Origin: Albugo candida
Lineage: Eukaryota
Assembly: GCA_040437565.1 (NCBI GenBank)
Contig: JBDOQK010000040.1
Span: 124,001 to 188,000 of the forward strand
Direction of reading: 5' to 3'
DNA: 64,000 nt
The position numbers and the translations under genes are program-made. Shown here in pieces: positions 13,444-25,488 of the stretch; positions within the stretch are counted from its first letter, which is position 1, and every line of letters begins with the position of its first letter. The notes beneath the pieces are model-generated. The model did not search any database, was not told the origin of the DNA, and worked only from the letters and a program-made list of their open reading frames with translations.

Positions 13444-15012
13444 AAAGAGCGTTGCAGCTAATTGTTGGCGGTGTCAGTTCAACACACACTCGCTGCGATA
13501 GAACTGTGACCTTCGCCTCCTCTATCCTCTTCGTCACAAGATATATTTCATCCGCATACAGACGTACGTATACGACACCATCCCGGGTACGCTTCACATC
13601 GACACATAGCTCCGCAACATAGTCCTTGAAACTCATTCTAAGGTCAGATCCCGAATGGTTTCATTCCAAGAGCTTACTGCCGGATTCGAACCGTAGATCG
13701 CCTTCTCCAGCTTGCACACCATACATTTGGCATCCTCCACCCCGAATGTTAAGTTCATATGGACCATTTCCCTTAGGCCGCTCTTCAGGTACGCTGTATC
13801 CCCGTTCAATCGTTCCATCATGTAGTGGTATGCGGCACACCTTGCGCAACAAGCCAAGCTTCATATCAAATCCCACGACCATTATCGTCATTCTTTTTGC
13901 GCAATCGATAGGCATACCAGATATAACGAGCGTCCCAGTATGGTTTCGTGCATGCGAACTGAATAAAGCGTACATGGGACGACGCTGTTAAAGCAAACGT
14001 TCCATCTCGTTCCTCTCCACAAACCTAGATAGCTTGCCCGGTAAATTCTATTTGCTCATCCCTACCCGTCCTGGGCTGTTCGGGCGCAGGACCCCATTCA
14101 TCGTCGAAGTCTTCCAAATTAAAATGCTGACTGTTCTCATTGTGGCGAGTGCGTGTCATAAATGCCTGCCACTTCACCCTCGTCTAGCTATATCGATTGT
14201 GGCATCGTGATCTCAAGCATAAGTCAAACACGGATTTTATGTTCATCGACATTTTCTGCGTGTGCGAGAAATATGGAGCGAAAACGTTTGATTCGAGTTT
14301 CGTCATATCAAATCGCCAATATGAGCACAGCCTACGAAGAAAGCTCTCATAATGCTCCATACTAGGCTTTCCCATAAATCCAACTCAAAATGCATCAATT
14401 ACTTGTGTGTCGTGTTACTGGGACGCTTCATGTGATACAGAGCTGGGCTATAGGCTTCGACCACTAATCCGTAGACACACGTTCGTGGTGGTTCATGATC
14501 GTTGCCCTCTCCAAGATCGTGTGATGTTCTGTTCCGCTACTCAGCTCTACTGGATGCATCGTTTGCTGGGGTACTATCCCTTTCGGAATGCACATATCGG
14601 TCATCGTCTTGTTCTCGTAAGTCTTTTCGTTGCATGACGGCAGACAGTTTAAGCCATACCCATTTATATACAAGAAGCGTTTGGAGCTTCTTCAGCTNNN
14701 NNNNNNNNNNNNNNNNNNNNNNNNNNNNNNNNNNNNNNNNNNNNNNNNNNNNNNNNNNNNNNNNNNNNNNNNNNNNNNNNNNNNNNNNNNNNNNNNNATT
14801 TAGAAATCTTCCCTTCTCTTCGCCGCTGGAGCTGCAGATTGGTTACCCTTAGTATATTGCCGTTCTCGCTATCGAGGTCATCCTATTTCTAATTGAAAAC
14901 ATGTCGGTTCTATCCACTATAGAGAACTTCTAGTTCTGATTCCTGCTGTTTGGACTAAGATTTACACTTGGTAGACTTCTCATAAGCTTTTGATCGTCGA
15001 TACAATGGTATA
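13444..15012 (-). mobile_element. Inverted copy of the degenerate Copia fragment at 2450-4500
   Basis: Reverse complement of 3246-4500 and ~2450-2662. The ORF track lists identical peptides on opposite strands (e.g. 3968-4282 + and 13661-13975 -). Confidence 0.85.
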
Positions 15013-16052
15013 TGTATAGGCACCACATCCTCAAGAAATTTAGCGACTTCAGCACCAAAGATATGGTGACCAACCTAGCAGACCCGTAGTAGCCATTCTT
15101 TAGCTTCATCTTTATTTGGATGTCCACACCGTATCAGTTTAGCGATTGCTAACTGAGTGTGTTTTATCTATAGGGCATCTTCAGCGTGCAAATTCTCAAA
15201 CAACTCATGTCGTCTACAAAAGAGTATGGCAAGGCGCCGACCACATATGCTAATCACGTGAGCTCAAAATACAGAACGGTGTTCGAACGAGTCAGAATAT
15301 GTATATGTAGAAATCAAGTGGGAAAGAATGCCCGATGTAGTTTCCAAAGTTTTCTGACGATCGCATGCGGCAAAACATGAGACGAAATGCGTGCTACAAA
15401 GTGGCAACAGTCTAAATCAAGCTCTTAAGGGTCACAGCTCGCCAAACTATGTAACAGAACCCTCAACATACAAACATTAACTCTGTGAATTGAATTGAAT
15501 ATTTACATTCTTTCACTCTGATGCCACTTCAATAGATAGAGTATCCGAATGATCCAATTTGAAAATTTTTCAGTAGGATTTGATTTTGCACATATTCGTA
15601 CCCAGATTGGTTCCTCTCTTTTAGATATATCAATCGGCTGATTCCTTTTTCATGGCTCCATGTATATATTCGTGAATAAAGTAATGTAGTTTTACGACTT
15701 GTTAATCTTCTCGTTCTTCTGTAGCGCGCATTTTCGTGACAGCCAAAATAAATTCACTATTTGGTTCATAGCTCATAGTGATTAGCCTAAATGTAGTCAT
15801 CAGCCTGAGCTTCATGGTACTAAATTATCTCTGCAGTAATTTCATTGGGCGATTCAAATAAACAAATAATTGGNNNNNNNNNNNNNNNNNNNNNNNNNNN
15901 NNNNNNNNNNNNNNNNNNNNNNNNNNNNNNNNNNNNNNNNNNNNNNNNNNNNNNNNNNNNNNNNNNNNNNNNNTTATCTCTGCAGTAATTTCATTGGGCG
16001 ATTCAAATAAACAAATAATTGGTTGTATTCTCACTTCAGTTTCTTATTTGCC

Positions 16053-16546
16053 ATGCGTTCCGAAATCCGTTGCGAAGTTTGTGAACAGACTACAGCAAAA
16101 TATAAATGCCCAAAATGCCGAACTCCGTATTGTCGCCTAGCGTGTTACAAAACGCATATTAGCAATACAGAAGTATGTGATTCTGTAGCACTAGAACAAC
16201 GTAAAAAAGAACAAAGCAGAACCGAATCGAGTCCATTGAAAGAAAAGCCTGGAGAAAATTCTGTTGAACAAACCGACGCTGAAACAAACTCTGAATGTGT
16301 TCTAACAAGCGAACAGCTGGAAGCAATAAAGCATTCAGATTGGATACGTGCGGCTTTACATGACCCTCACATACGCCAACAACTAAAACACGTAAGGAAT
16401 TGTGAACGAGCTGCTTACTTTTCTCACTTCTGTCTCTGTAGATTCATAGTTCGGTCGATCCTAGAAGAGCGCTAGAAACAGCCCTTGAAAATTCACAAAT
16501 GGCAGAGTTTATGTATGGAACACTCGATGAGCTTGCTGCAAAATAG
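16053..16546 (+). CDS. Zinc finger HIT domain-containing protein (ZNHIT3/Hit1-like); exons 16053-16391, 16442-16546
   Basis: N-terminal zf-HIT CEVC...YKCPKCRTPYCRLACYKTH. A 50-nt GTAAGG...TGTAG intron restores the C-terminus IHSSVDPRRALETALENSQMAEFM... Confidence 0.88.
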
Positions 16547-17014
16547 GGCGATACAAATATAGAGAAATTCGTCCATATAGCTCCATTGTCATTTCAATTT
16601 TATGGTCGGATCAACTCCCATAGGAAGGGAGAAGTTCAGACTTCATGAAGCGCTTGGGACATTCGAGTCAGATTATGTTGAGCCACAATGCTACGACACC
16701 AGATAGACCCGGAGAATCAAACACCTGCAAGGAAGCACTTGATGCGTTCGTTTAGATTGATATTAATCCCTATAAAAATTATCTGCGGGGTTGCCATCAT
16801 TCCATATGTAAAACTTTCTCACAAGCGCTTCTTAGGAAGGAATCTGAACGTACTAATGCTGCGTGTCGAGTTTCGGTATTGGGCTGCCACAAATACTAGA
16901 CTTTCATAATACGAAGCAGTAGACTGATTTTGTATATTTATAGCGTAAATGCAACTATTTAGAGTGTGTCGTAGGGAAAGAATTGTCAAGTACATCCGAG
17001 ATACGTTTGCTAGA

Positions 17015-19020
17015 ATGCTTTATGCATCGACTCTAACTTTGCTTTCATCAGGTAAGGTGCGCGTAGGATGTTTGGTATAATATGTCGCCGTTACAAATGT
17101 AAAATGAGTAAATGGGCTTTTCTACCTGTGCTCGTCACCACGACGCTCTTATTCCTATCCTTCCTATCGTATCATCTGCTCACCCGCAACGCTCTGTAGA
17201 GCTGCCACGGTTTTGTGATCGCGTCGTTATCGCAATCAGCTCATCGACAATCGTATTACTCTTGTTGCAGCACCAGCGTGATATATCAAACATCGCACGC
17301 TTACATATCGTGCAAAAAGCGATAGAATCTCAAGTAGTAACCAATCTACATTACACGAGAAAGTTTTATGCTGATGGATGTGATAGTTCTCAAGCTTAAT
17401 GAGTACAACCGGTTTCTGGGCAAGAATTGAGTGATGTACTCGGGTGATATTCATTTTTTTTGAAGAGACTATAGCCATCAAATGTTTTAATCGAAGAAGG
17501 ATCGACAGTTTAGTGGCTCAAGAGAGAGATATTGTTCATTTAAGTAAACTCTAGCAAGTGATGTTTGCGTGATCAGTACTTTCTTGCAGCTAGAGGCCCT
17601 GTTCGTCGCCATGATGCCAATCAAGTAAATGGTAGGATCGAAAGCCTTGCGCTCAAGTATGATAAAATACATTGATTCTATTAAGTATGCGCAAGAAAAG
17701 TCTGCAGTGACTTTTAAGAGCCGTTTCTATAAAAAACAATTGATTGATCGAGCAGGAGAAGGCGTTCAGTGACATGAATTAAGATCGAAGTAATTGCCAA
17801 ACAATCCCGTCAAATCCGAAAGCAATCGTGAAGGACTCATATCCAACTTTGGTCGGGGACTATAAGCAGTCACAACGAGTATACAAATTGTGTTCCGCAT
17901 CAGGTGGTAAGAAAGTATAAAAATACCCTAAGACAAAAGTCAACGATGATCTTTGCGATGTTGTGCATGAATGAAACGTCTACAAGCTTCAACGTCTTTC
18001 TTGGTTGGAACCTCTAAGAGTATCGCTTGTTTTCTCCAGCCGTTCTCGTAGAGTCGAATTACATTAAACCTCTCTTTCCCACACAAAAAGCATGTAGGCG
18101 CGGTTAAACGTGTAGCATATCTACTGCTGACTAGACGATATAAATCCGAACGCACAGAAATAAGTGATTCCCAAGTATATATCGATACGCTTTTCCTATC
18201 AAAATAATTACACTCGGCAATCCTCGATGGATTAATAGCTATTCTGATAAGTTTAACTATCCTATATATACGTAGCTAATAATTCCTTCACCCCGTGCTC
18301 CTTTGAGCGATGTAAGTCACGTATTTTATTTTACTTCCAGCGCATGATTTTCTTCGAAAAATTCTGTTGTCGGACTTTTGCTATTATACAATCCTATTTT
18401 CCATACATAGCGCTGTTTTCAATGCTCTGTAAAGGAGTAATGCTACTTTCTGAACGAGGTGATCAAGTATTGAGGCTTTACTTGTGGAGTCTGTCGTTAC
18501 TCATGCTTCCAGAGTCGGCCGTGTACATCTTAAACTCTCGAAAATATCGCTTACTACGTTCTTCAGCAGCACCATCAGTACTGCGCAATTCTTGCAACGA
18601 CAAGATAGCACTATCGATCTCATTGAATTAGCACCTTTCAATTGTTCTCTATTTTTTCATATCGACTGCCTCCATTTCTGTAAAAAGACCACATGTCCTT
18701 GCAAAGCACTTCGCCAAGGTTCATATCGCATTTCTCTTCAGATAGTAACTTGCATACAGTTGAAGACGGTGGAGGTCTCAGCAATTCAGCACTCAAACAC
18801 ACGTCAATGTATCCTGGAGTTTGTCAAATTCTCAATTAAAGCCATTTTGACAATCGGATCGACCAAAGGACCTGCAAGAAGTAGAACAGTCACAGAATGA
18901 TAGTTGATGTCTCAAGCAAGAGAAAATCTTTTGTTACTTTTATTGTACTGTTCCCTGTAATAGTCAGCAATAGGCATTATATCACTAGCTAGCTCATGTT
19001 AGCGAAGGTACCTGCGGTGA
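17015..19020. repeat. Diverged inverted duplicate of 4500-6682 carrying decayed ORFs
   Basis: See 4500-6682. Begins with a hydrophobic ORF start MSKWAFLPVLVTTTLLFLSFLSY at 17104. Confidence 0.85.
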
Positions 19021-19306
19021 NNNNNNNNNNNNNNNNNNNNNNNNNNNNNNNNNNNNNNNNNNNNNNNNNNNNNNNNNNNNNNNNNNNNNNNNNNNNNNNN
19101 NNNNNNNNNNNNNNNNNNNNCAGTTCTAGCGCTCGGGATATCTTCGTCATAGTTCTTAAAGTAATGATGTTACAGTCTGTTTCCCTTCATGCAGCCTCCC
19201 CATGACGTCTCGACATCGTGCTTCACCACACTGGGCTCAGTCCGGACGTTTTTGCAGTTGCGTGTCACATCTAAGAACCTTGTGTCGGTAATAAAGAATC
19301 ACAATG

Positions 19307-19745
19307 TGCTGAAAAATAGGGTAGTCAGTACAAATGACGACGTGGCACATTTGCTCAAGTTGTTACTTTGGGTATGATTTATTAGGCCTGTCGACTATAT
19401 TTACGTATACCAGCAAGATGCCCACAGAAACCCCGCTTCGATGTATTCCCGCTACCTGCACTGAGCCCGCAAGTCTCTTCGATGATAGTAGACAAAATCT
19501 CTATTCAGAAGGTTTAATAAGTGGTTAAGAAATCACCCATAAAGCTTGACACTGCAAGATACTCGGCAAGATGGACAATTTCAAGCGCCAAACAGGATAG
19601 CAACGTTGTCATTCGATAAATAAGCGCGATATATAGAATTGCGATGCGCTGATAAATAGGGTAGTCAGTACAAATGACGACGTGGGACATTTGCCCGAGT
19701 TGTTAGATTGGTAATCATTATTCGAGCCTGTAGATTATGTCCACG
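19307..19745 (+). repeat. Two diverged ~100-bp direct repeats (19307-19405, 19647-19745) upstream of a secreted-protein gene
   Basis: Shared core aaatagggtagtcagtacaaatgacgacgtgg-acatttgc. Confidence 0.8.
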
Positions 19746-19780
19746 TGTCCAGACTGGGAATTCGGAAATACGATACTTGA

Positions 19781-19796
19781 GCTCATTTACGAATTT
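19781..19796 (+). promoter_or_regulatory. Oomycete INR-FPR core promoter element
   Basis: GCTCATTTACGAATTT matches the consensus GCTCATTYBNNNWTTY and starts 43 nt upstream of the ATG at 19824. Confidence 0.7.
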
Positions 19797-19823
19797 ACCT
19801 CTTCTCGAAGATCTACTCGAAAA

Positions 19824-20582
19824 ATGAAGATATCACCAAGTCACATGTATCTCCTTTCACAAGCTATTAGCTTTATCCTCCAAACAGGATTGGTCAACAG
19901 CGAGGTTAAGGTATGTAAAATTGATAAAGAATTCACTTGTTCATACCCAATACCCTCATCAATGAAAGGAGAAGGGTGTTATGCGAGCATCCACACTGAA
20001 AACTCTGGTACAATGCCATACGAGATGGGTACATGTACTATTGATTCTGAACCTTGCCATTTGGTTCTCTACGCTACATCTGGAATGCATACCAGTTTCA
20101 ATTTTCACGTCATTCCTGGAGGGGAAGAATATTTCGGACTTGCCATTTCACCAGAGCCTAGAAAGTCTGGCGTCGTCACGAGGGCCGTACAAGCTGCCAT
20201 TACAAATCACGGACTCTGGAGTTTGCCTCGTACAATTATGAATATTGCTGGCACTGAGCATGCTTTTGCGGTTGCGTTCAATTTTAGTAGCGGAAATGAC
20301 AAGTCTATATACCTTCCAGAGGAAAGCAACGTATGGTCCGTTCTCGAAAATCAAAATCGCGTCTCAATTCATATGAAGAGTTTATCTCGTACAATGGAAA
20401 TCATAAAGTACAAATTCGACATCGATGTAAAGAACCTTAAAGAACACCGTTCAAAGTATCTCGTTGTTACACCGCACTTCTTACAAAAACATCAGTTCAA
20501 ATTCATCAAACCGTCACCGCCCAGCCCGGCGCATTTTCTAATTCAGTATCCTGATAACACTAACCCCTCACTAAACAGCTAA
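19824..20582 (+). CDS. Putative secreted protein of unknown function (252 aa), candidate effector
   Basis: Intact ORF with signal-peptide-like MKISPSHMYLLSQAISFILQTGLVNS and a Cys-rich N-terminal half. The INR-FPR position favours ATG 19824 over 19737. Confidence 0.7.
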   Translation: MKISPSHMYLLSQAISFILQTGLVNSEVKVCKIDKEFTCSYPIPSSMKGEGCYASIHTENSGTMPYEMGTCTIDSEPCHLVLYATSGMHTSFNFHVIPGGEEYFGLAISPEPRKSGVVTRAVQAAITNHGLWSLPRTIMNIAGTEHAFAVAFNFSSGNDKSIYLPEESNVWSVLENQNRVSIHMKSLSRTMEIIKYKFDIDVKNLKEHRSKYLVVTPHFLQKHQFKFIKPSPPSPAHFLIQYPDNTNPSLNS

Positions 20583-21412
20583 TTCTAGGAGCAAAGATCA
20601 TAGCATGCATATTAACTTCTTTAATACACTTCTCAACTTGCCTCCAACCGCACGGATCCACCACACGCTTAAAGGCAGATTTATCGACTCCTTCTTTCAN
20701 NNNNNNNNNNNNNNNNNNNNNNNNNNNNNNNNNNNNNNNNNNNNNNNNNNNNNNNNNNNNNNNNNNNNNNNNNNNNNNNNNNNNNNNNNNNNNNNNNNNC
20801 ACCGCCCAGCCCGGCGCATTTTCTAATTCAGTATCCTGATAACACTAACCCCTCACTAAACAGCTAATTCTAGGAGCAAAGATCATAGCATGCATATTAA
20901 CTTCTTTAATACACTTCTCAACTTGCCTCCAACCGCACGGATCCACCACACGCTTAAAGGCAGATTTATCGACTCCTTCTTTCAATTCAGCATATAAATA
21001 TAATTTCTGTCAGTGATGGTTCTACACTTGACTAGACTCCCATTTTTCCATAAAATGTTTCAGTAGTCAAGCTTACTAAAACATTTAAACAGGTATCCGT
21101 ACAATTTGAGCACTTCATCACGTCTCTATCAGTACGCATCACTTTACTACGCGCTTATTGACAATTTACAATGAAAACATTCGCACTCATCCGACGAAAC
21201 TTACTCCAAGGTATAGTACTGTCGCGTACATTCACTCTTGAAGTCAGTGCACGCCGGATCCGGTTTGACATTAGGAACCAGTATCGATCCGGATGCCATT
21301 TGCCTTGTCAATCTTCTTACTGGACATAAATCGTGATTCTAAGACCACATCAACAAATTCTATTGTTAGAAATAAAACACAAAAACTCCTTTTTACCAAA
21401 TCAAATTACACC

Positions 21413-23492
21413 TTAACCGGTGATGACTCGGACGCCGAGCCGAGATATCTTATGTGCCATCGCGTTTCCGGGCTGTGCGATAAACATGAGATTGGTGGCC
21501 ACTTGCATTCTCTCTGAGATCCACAGAACCATCGCGGGGTCGAACGTCCCTTCCACAAATACGAAATCGATCTTCACTTTGGGGTACATAAAATCCAAAA
21601 GCGCGACCATATCCTGAAAAACGGTCAACACGTTAGGTTGTTCCTCCACATTCCTTTCGTTCACATATACGAAGCGTAAATTCTGTGTCTGCTCATTTCG
21701 CCGAACATACAAAACTGCTTTATTCAGTCGAGTCATATCGGGCCGCTTGCAGAAGAATATGATTGGCTGTAATTGCACATCAATAATGGCTCGGATGATA
21801 GTTCGGCCGCCACGGGCGCCAGTGTGGATGGTGGGATCACTCATGAGCGCTTGTGTTGGATCCTTGACTGATTTGGATGGTACAACCCGTTTCATGATAG
21901 CCAGAATTACTCGAAGTATGAGCACGCGTTCCAGCATGAGAAACATGGCAGAGACCACAATGATGAGGTAGATCGCAAAGTACATAAGGATTTTAGGATC
22001 GCCCAATAAATTGCCGAAAATACCCATGACCACCAGTATACATCCGACTATACACGTCCACCAAGGCGCATCGACATCGCGTGGGACGTCGGCACGTTTT
22101 GCTTTCAGAGCCATGCACCCGCATGCAAAGAGCGTCATGAGACCGNNNNNNNNNNNNNNNNNNNNNNNNNNNNNNNNNNNNNNNNNNNNNNNNNNNNNNN
22201 NNNNNNNNNNNNNNNNNNNNNNNNNNNNNNNNNNNNNNNNNNNNNTACAATAAGATGATGGTGTGGTTGGTGTGGCGCCATGGGTTCTGCTTCATCAGGA
22301 ATGCGGGTAAGACCCGATCATACGCTAAACGTCGGACCAGACCCGTGATACCCACGTACGAAGTGAGTACTGCGCCTGATAGTACGATGAACGCGTCGAT
22401 GGAAACCCACGTTTCTAACCACGTACCCGCTGCAACGCGACCCATATTCGCCAATACGATTTCGGAATGTTTGTAAATACCGTCTTCTCCTTCTAACGGA
22501 AGTACCGCCAATGATAAGAACGATAACACAATGTTGAAAATGGTTACAAGTGCCCACATGTTACGTAACGTTTTGCGAAACACGCCATGTTGCTGTTCTT
22601 CCACAAAATTGGCCGACGATTCAAAACCGGTGATTCCCAATAGTGCGGCGCTGAACCCGAAAAATATCGCTGCAAATACGTTCGACGAGATCATCTTTCC
22701 AGCGAAATCAATCGGCGGCAACGAGGTCTTCATGTTGTCGATGAAGATGGATCCATGTTGAGTGGAATACACTAAACTGGCGATACTTAGCACGACCAAG
22801 GTAATGATATGAAAAGCGAATATAATGGTCGCGATAAATGCGCTTTCACCGATTCCATAGACCGAAAGTAACGCAAACACACCCAACAATCCAATCGTTG
22901 TGCCCATTACAGGTAACTCGATTTGTGTTTCCACATAATTCACAGCTGATGTTGCGGACACGACTCCAGTCGCCAAGTAGGAAAGAATGCCCAACGCTGC
23001 ACCGAAAGACGCCATACGCTTCGATGTCGTGTTTAATAAGACGTTATAAGATCCCCCATTCAGCGGGAATGCTGTGATGGCTTCTTCGTATATGAATCGA
23101 AAGAAATAAAGCAAAATCGCAACCAGAATGAGTGGTACTGGTGCTAGCTTTCCAGCTTTCAGTGCCACCAAGCCTGAGGAGTACAGTACACTGGACAGAA
23201 TATCATTTCCACAAATCGCCGTTGACGGCCATTCCGATAACAAGTGCTTGGGACGCTGCAACTGAGTCTGTATGGTATCCATCTCCTCGCTTGACGGCGT
23301 TAAATGCTGACAGCTTCCTTCACCGGGATACATCCACACGGGTCCAGAGCATTCCGATGGATTGATCTCAATTTGAACTTGACGACGACGAAGCGAAGGG
23401 AATGATGTGCCGTTGGATGGTGTGGTTGATACGTTCTGTATTTCGGGCGTATCCAAACTGGCAAAATGTTTGTCGTCGCGCGGGTCGTTCAT
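21413..23492 (-). CDS. APC-superfamily amino-acid permease (spans N gap 22146-22245)
   Basis: STAICGNDILSSVLY, FPLNGGSYNVLLNT and GITGFESSANFVEEQ motifs, many transmembrane segments and a soluble C-terminal domain. The frame change at the gap is an artefact of the fixed 100-N length. Confidence 0.92.
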
Positions 23493-23854
23493 GTTGTTCA
23501 CTCAAACTGCAGTGTCATACGGAATGTATGTCGGAATGGTAAAGGTCGTACGTTTTATTACAAGGCGGCAGAAATGGTGTAGAGATTGAGTGTTAAAGAA
23601 GGCTGGTCTGAGCGTGACACTTGGACCAGAAAGTGTAACAAACGCGTCACAAACAAATACAAATTTGGGAAAAGAGTTTTATTTTCATCGACTTTCGTCC
23701 AATCAATTCGAGGGAAAAATAAATGAGTTTTATGAATTTTTTGGAAAGGGGTTTTATGCTATTAAGCACTTGCTCTTTGTACACAGAAAATGAATGAAGA
23801 TGCGTCCTAAATTAACTGGAACACATCAGTTTGGGTCTCCTGCATCGATAACGC

Positions 23855-24644
23855 ATGAATTCGAATGCTACCATAAACGGACCGTGGTTTACTCCATCAG
23901 ATCCTTCGTACGAGTCCAACTACATGATGGATACATCGCAATTGCAAGGTCAAATACCTACGTCCAATTACTCTACATCTCTCGCGTCTGACGCTGCGGA
24001 AGAAACCGCTTACGAGAACGAACCACCACTACTAGAAGGTTTGCCTGGTAAGCTTCTATCCAATCGAACCTGAACTTTTCTATCCCCAATAGAGTTGGGG
24101 ATTCACTTTGAGCAAATTTGGATCAAAACGCAATCAGTTCTCCTCCCAATGAAACAGATCAATGAACACATCTTGGATGATGCGGATTTAGCAGGGCCTT
24201 TAGTGTACTGCTTCGTATTTGGGATGTGCCTGCTTTTGGTACGTTGTACTTGATATCAGGGATGTATAAGGCTGTATACTTTATGTGTAGTCTGCCAAAG
24301 TGCACTTTGGATACATTTATGGATTCGGTGCCATTTCGTGTCTGTCAATGTATTTGCTGATGAATTTATTGTCACCGCAACGCACGATCGATATTTATCG
24401 GGTCTGTTCCGTCCTCGGCTACTGTCTCTTACCAATCATCGCTCTGGCCGCTTTGAATATCGTTTTGTCCATCAAAGATCTTGGACTCCTGGGGTTTGTA
24501 GTAGCCAGTGTTTGTGCGATTTGGAGCACACACACAGCTTCCCGATTTTTTGAAAAGGCGTTATTCATGTCGGAGCAAAAGTATCTCGTGGCCTATCCAA
24601 TCATGCTGGTATACAGCTGCTTTGTCCTAATTACCGTCTTTTGA
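23855..24644 (+). CDS. YIP1: Yip1-domain protein (YIPF5/Yip1p-like); exons 23855-24038, 24093-24238, 24291-24644
   Basis: Spliced product has EPPLLEELGIHF, DADLAGPLVYCF, HFGYIYG and SVLGYCLLP. Canonical GT-AG introns of 54 and 52 nt. Confidence 0.93.
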
Positions 24645-24748
24645 TAAGTGTAGTATACATTCTCGATATACTCACATAAGCATATTCGAGTAACATTTGC
24701 GCAACATATACGTACCGTCAGAGATTACAATAGAAGCGTCTGTACTAA

Positions 24749-25369
24749 ATGTTGCGTCGGCTTTGCGCACTGCCACCAAACACCAGCGGTCTGTGGCGAC
24801 AGGCAACTCGCGCGAGCACAACTGCAGCTGCCGAATCGAGTGCGAAATATCAAAGCCAACCTCATACGATTGTAAAGCATCCCGTTGAAGATGCGAATAC
24901 GTCGAACGCATACTTTGCTGTCATCAAACTTTCTGGCACGCAATACAAAGTCACCAAGGTACGCGCTTCATAGCCACACATTCCGTACACATTCCGTACA
25001 CATCGATTATTTAGGGAGATGTCGTCATCACAGAAAAACTTCAAGCAAACGTCGGTTCTTTTCTTGACCTGGACGAGGTCGGTCTCGCACCTTATCTTAG
25101 TACTTTTAACAATAACCACGATCCCGTTCTAGGTCCTTCTTGTAGGCTCGCAGCAAGAAACGATCGTTGGACATCCACTCGTGCACGGCGCTGTCGTGCG
25201 TGCTCGTGTGGAAGAACAAACACTCGACGAGAAGATCGATATCTTCAAAAAAAAGCGTCGGAAAAACTATCGTCGATGGAATGGATTTCGTCGACAAGTT
25301 ACGGTGCTACGGGTAACTGATATCATCCCATCGGTGCTCACCGAAACCGAGGCGACAAAAGTGCAATGA
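24749..25369 (+). CDS. MRPL21: Mitochondrial ribosomal protein bL21; exons 24749-24958, 25015-25077, 25133-25369
   Basis: Transit-peptide-like MLRRLCA..., then FAVIKLSGTQYKVTKGD, VLLVGS...GHP and IFKKKRRKNYRRWNGFRRQVTVLRV. Two GT-AG introns keep the frame. Confidence 0.92.
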
Positions 25370-25488
25370 TTAACCAATAGATTCTTCTTTTCAAGCTGAG
25401 ACTTTATCCTCAACTTCAATGTCGTGAATACGCGGAACGCTATTTTCGAGCTGACTACAGGCTTCTATTAGGAAGCAACACAATGGGT

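Noticed and set aside
21993-22245. Apparent frameshift in the permease gene
   Set aside because: It coincides with the 100-N gap, which is not a multiple of 3. Both sides are clean coding sequence.
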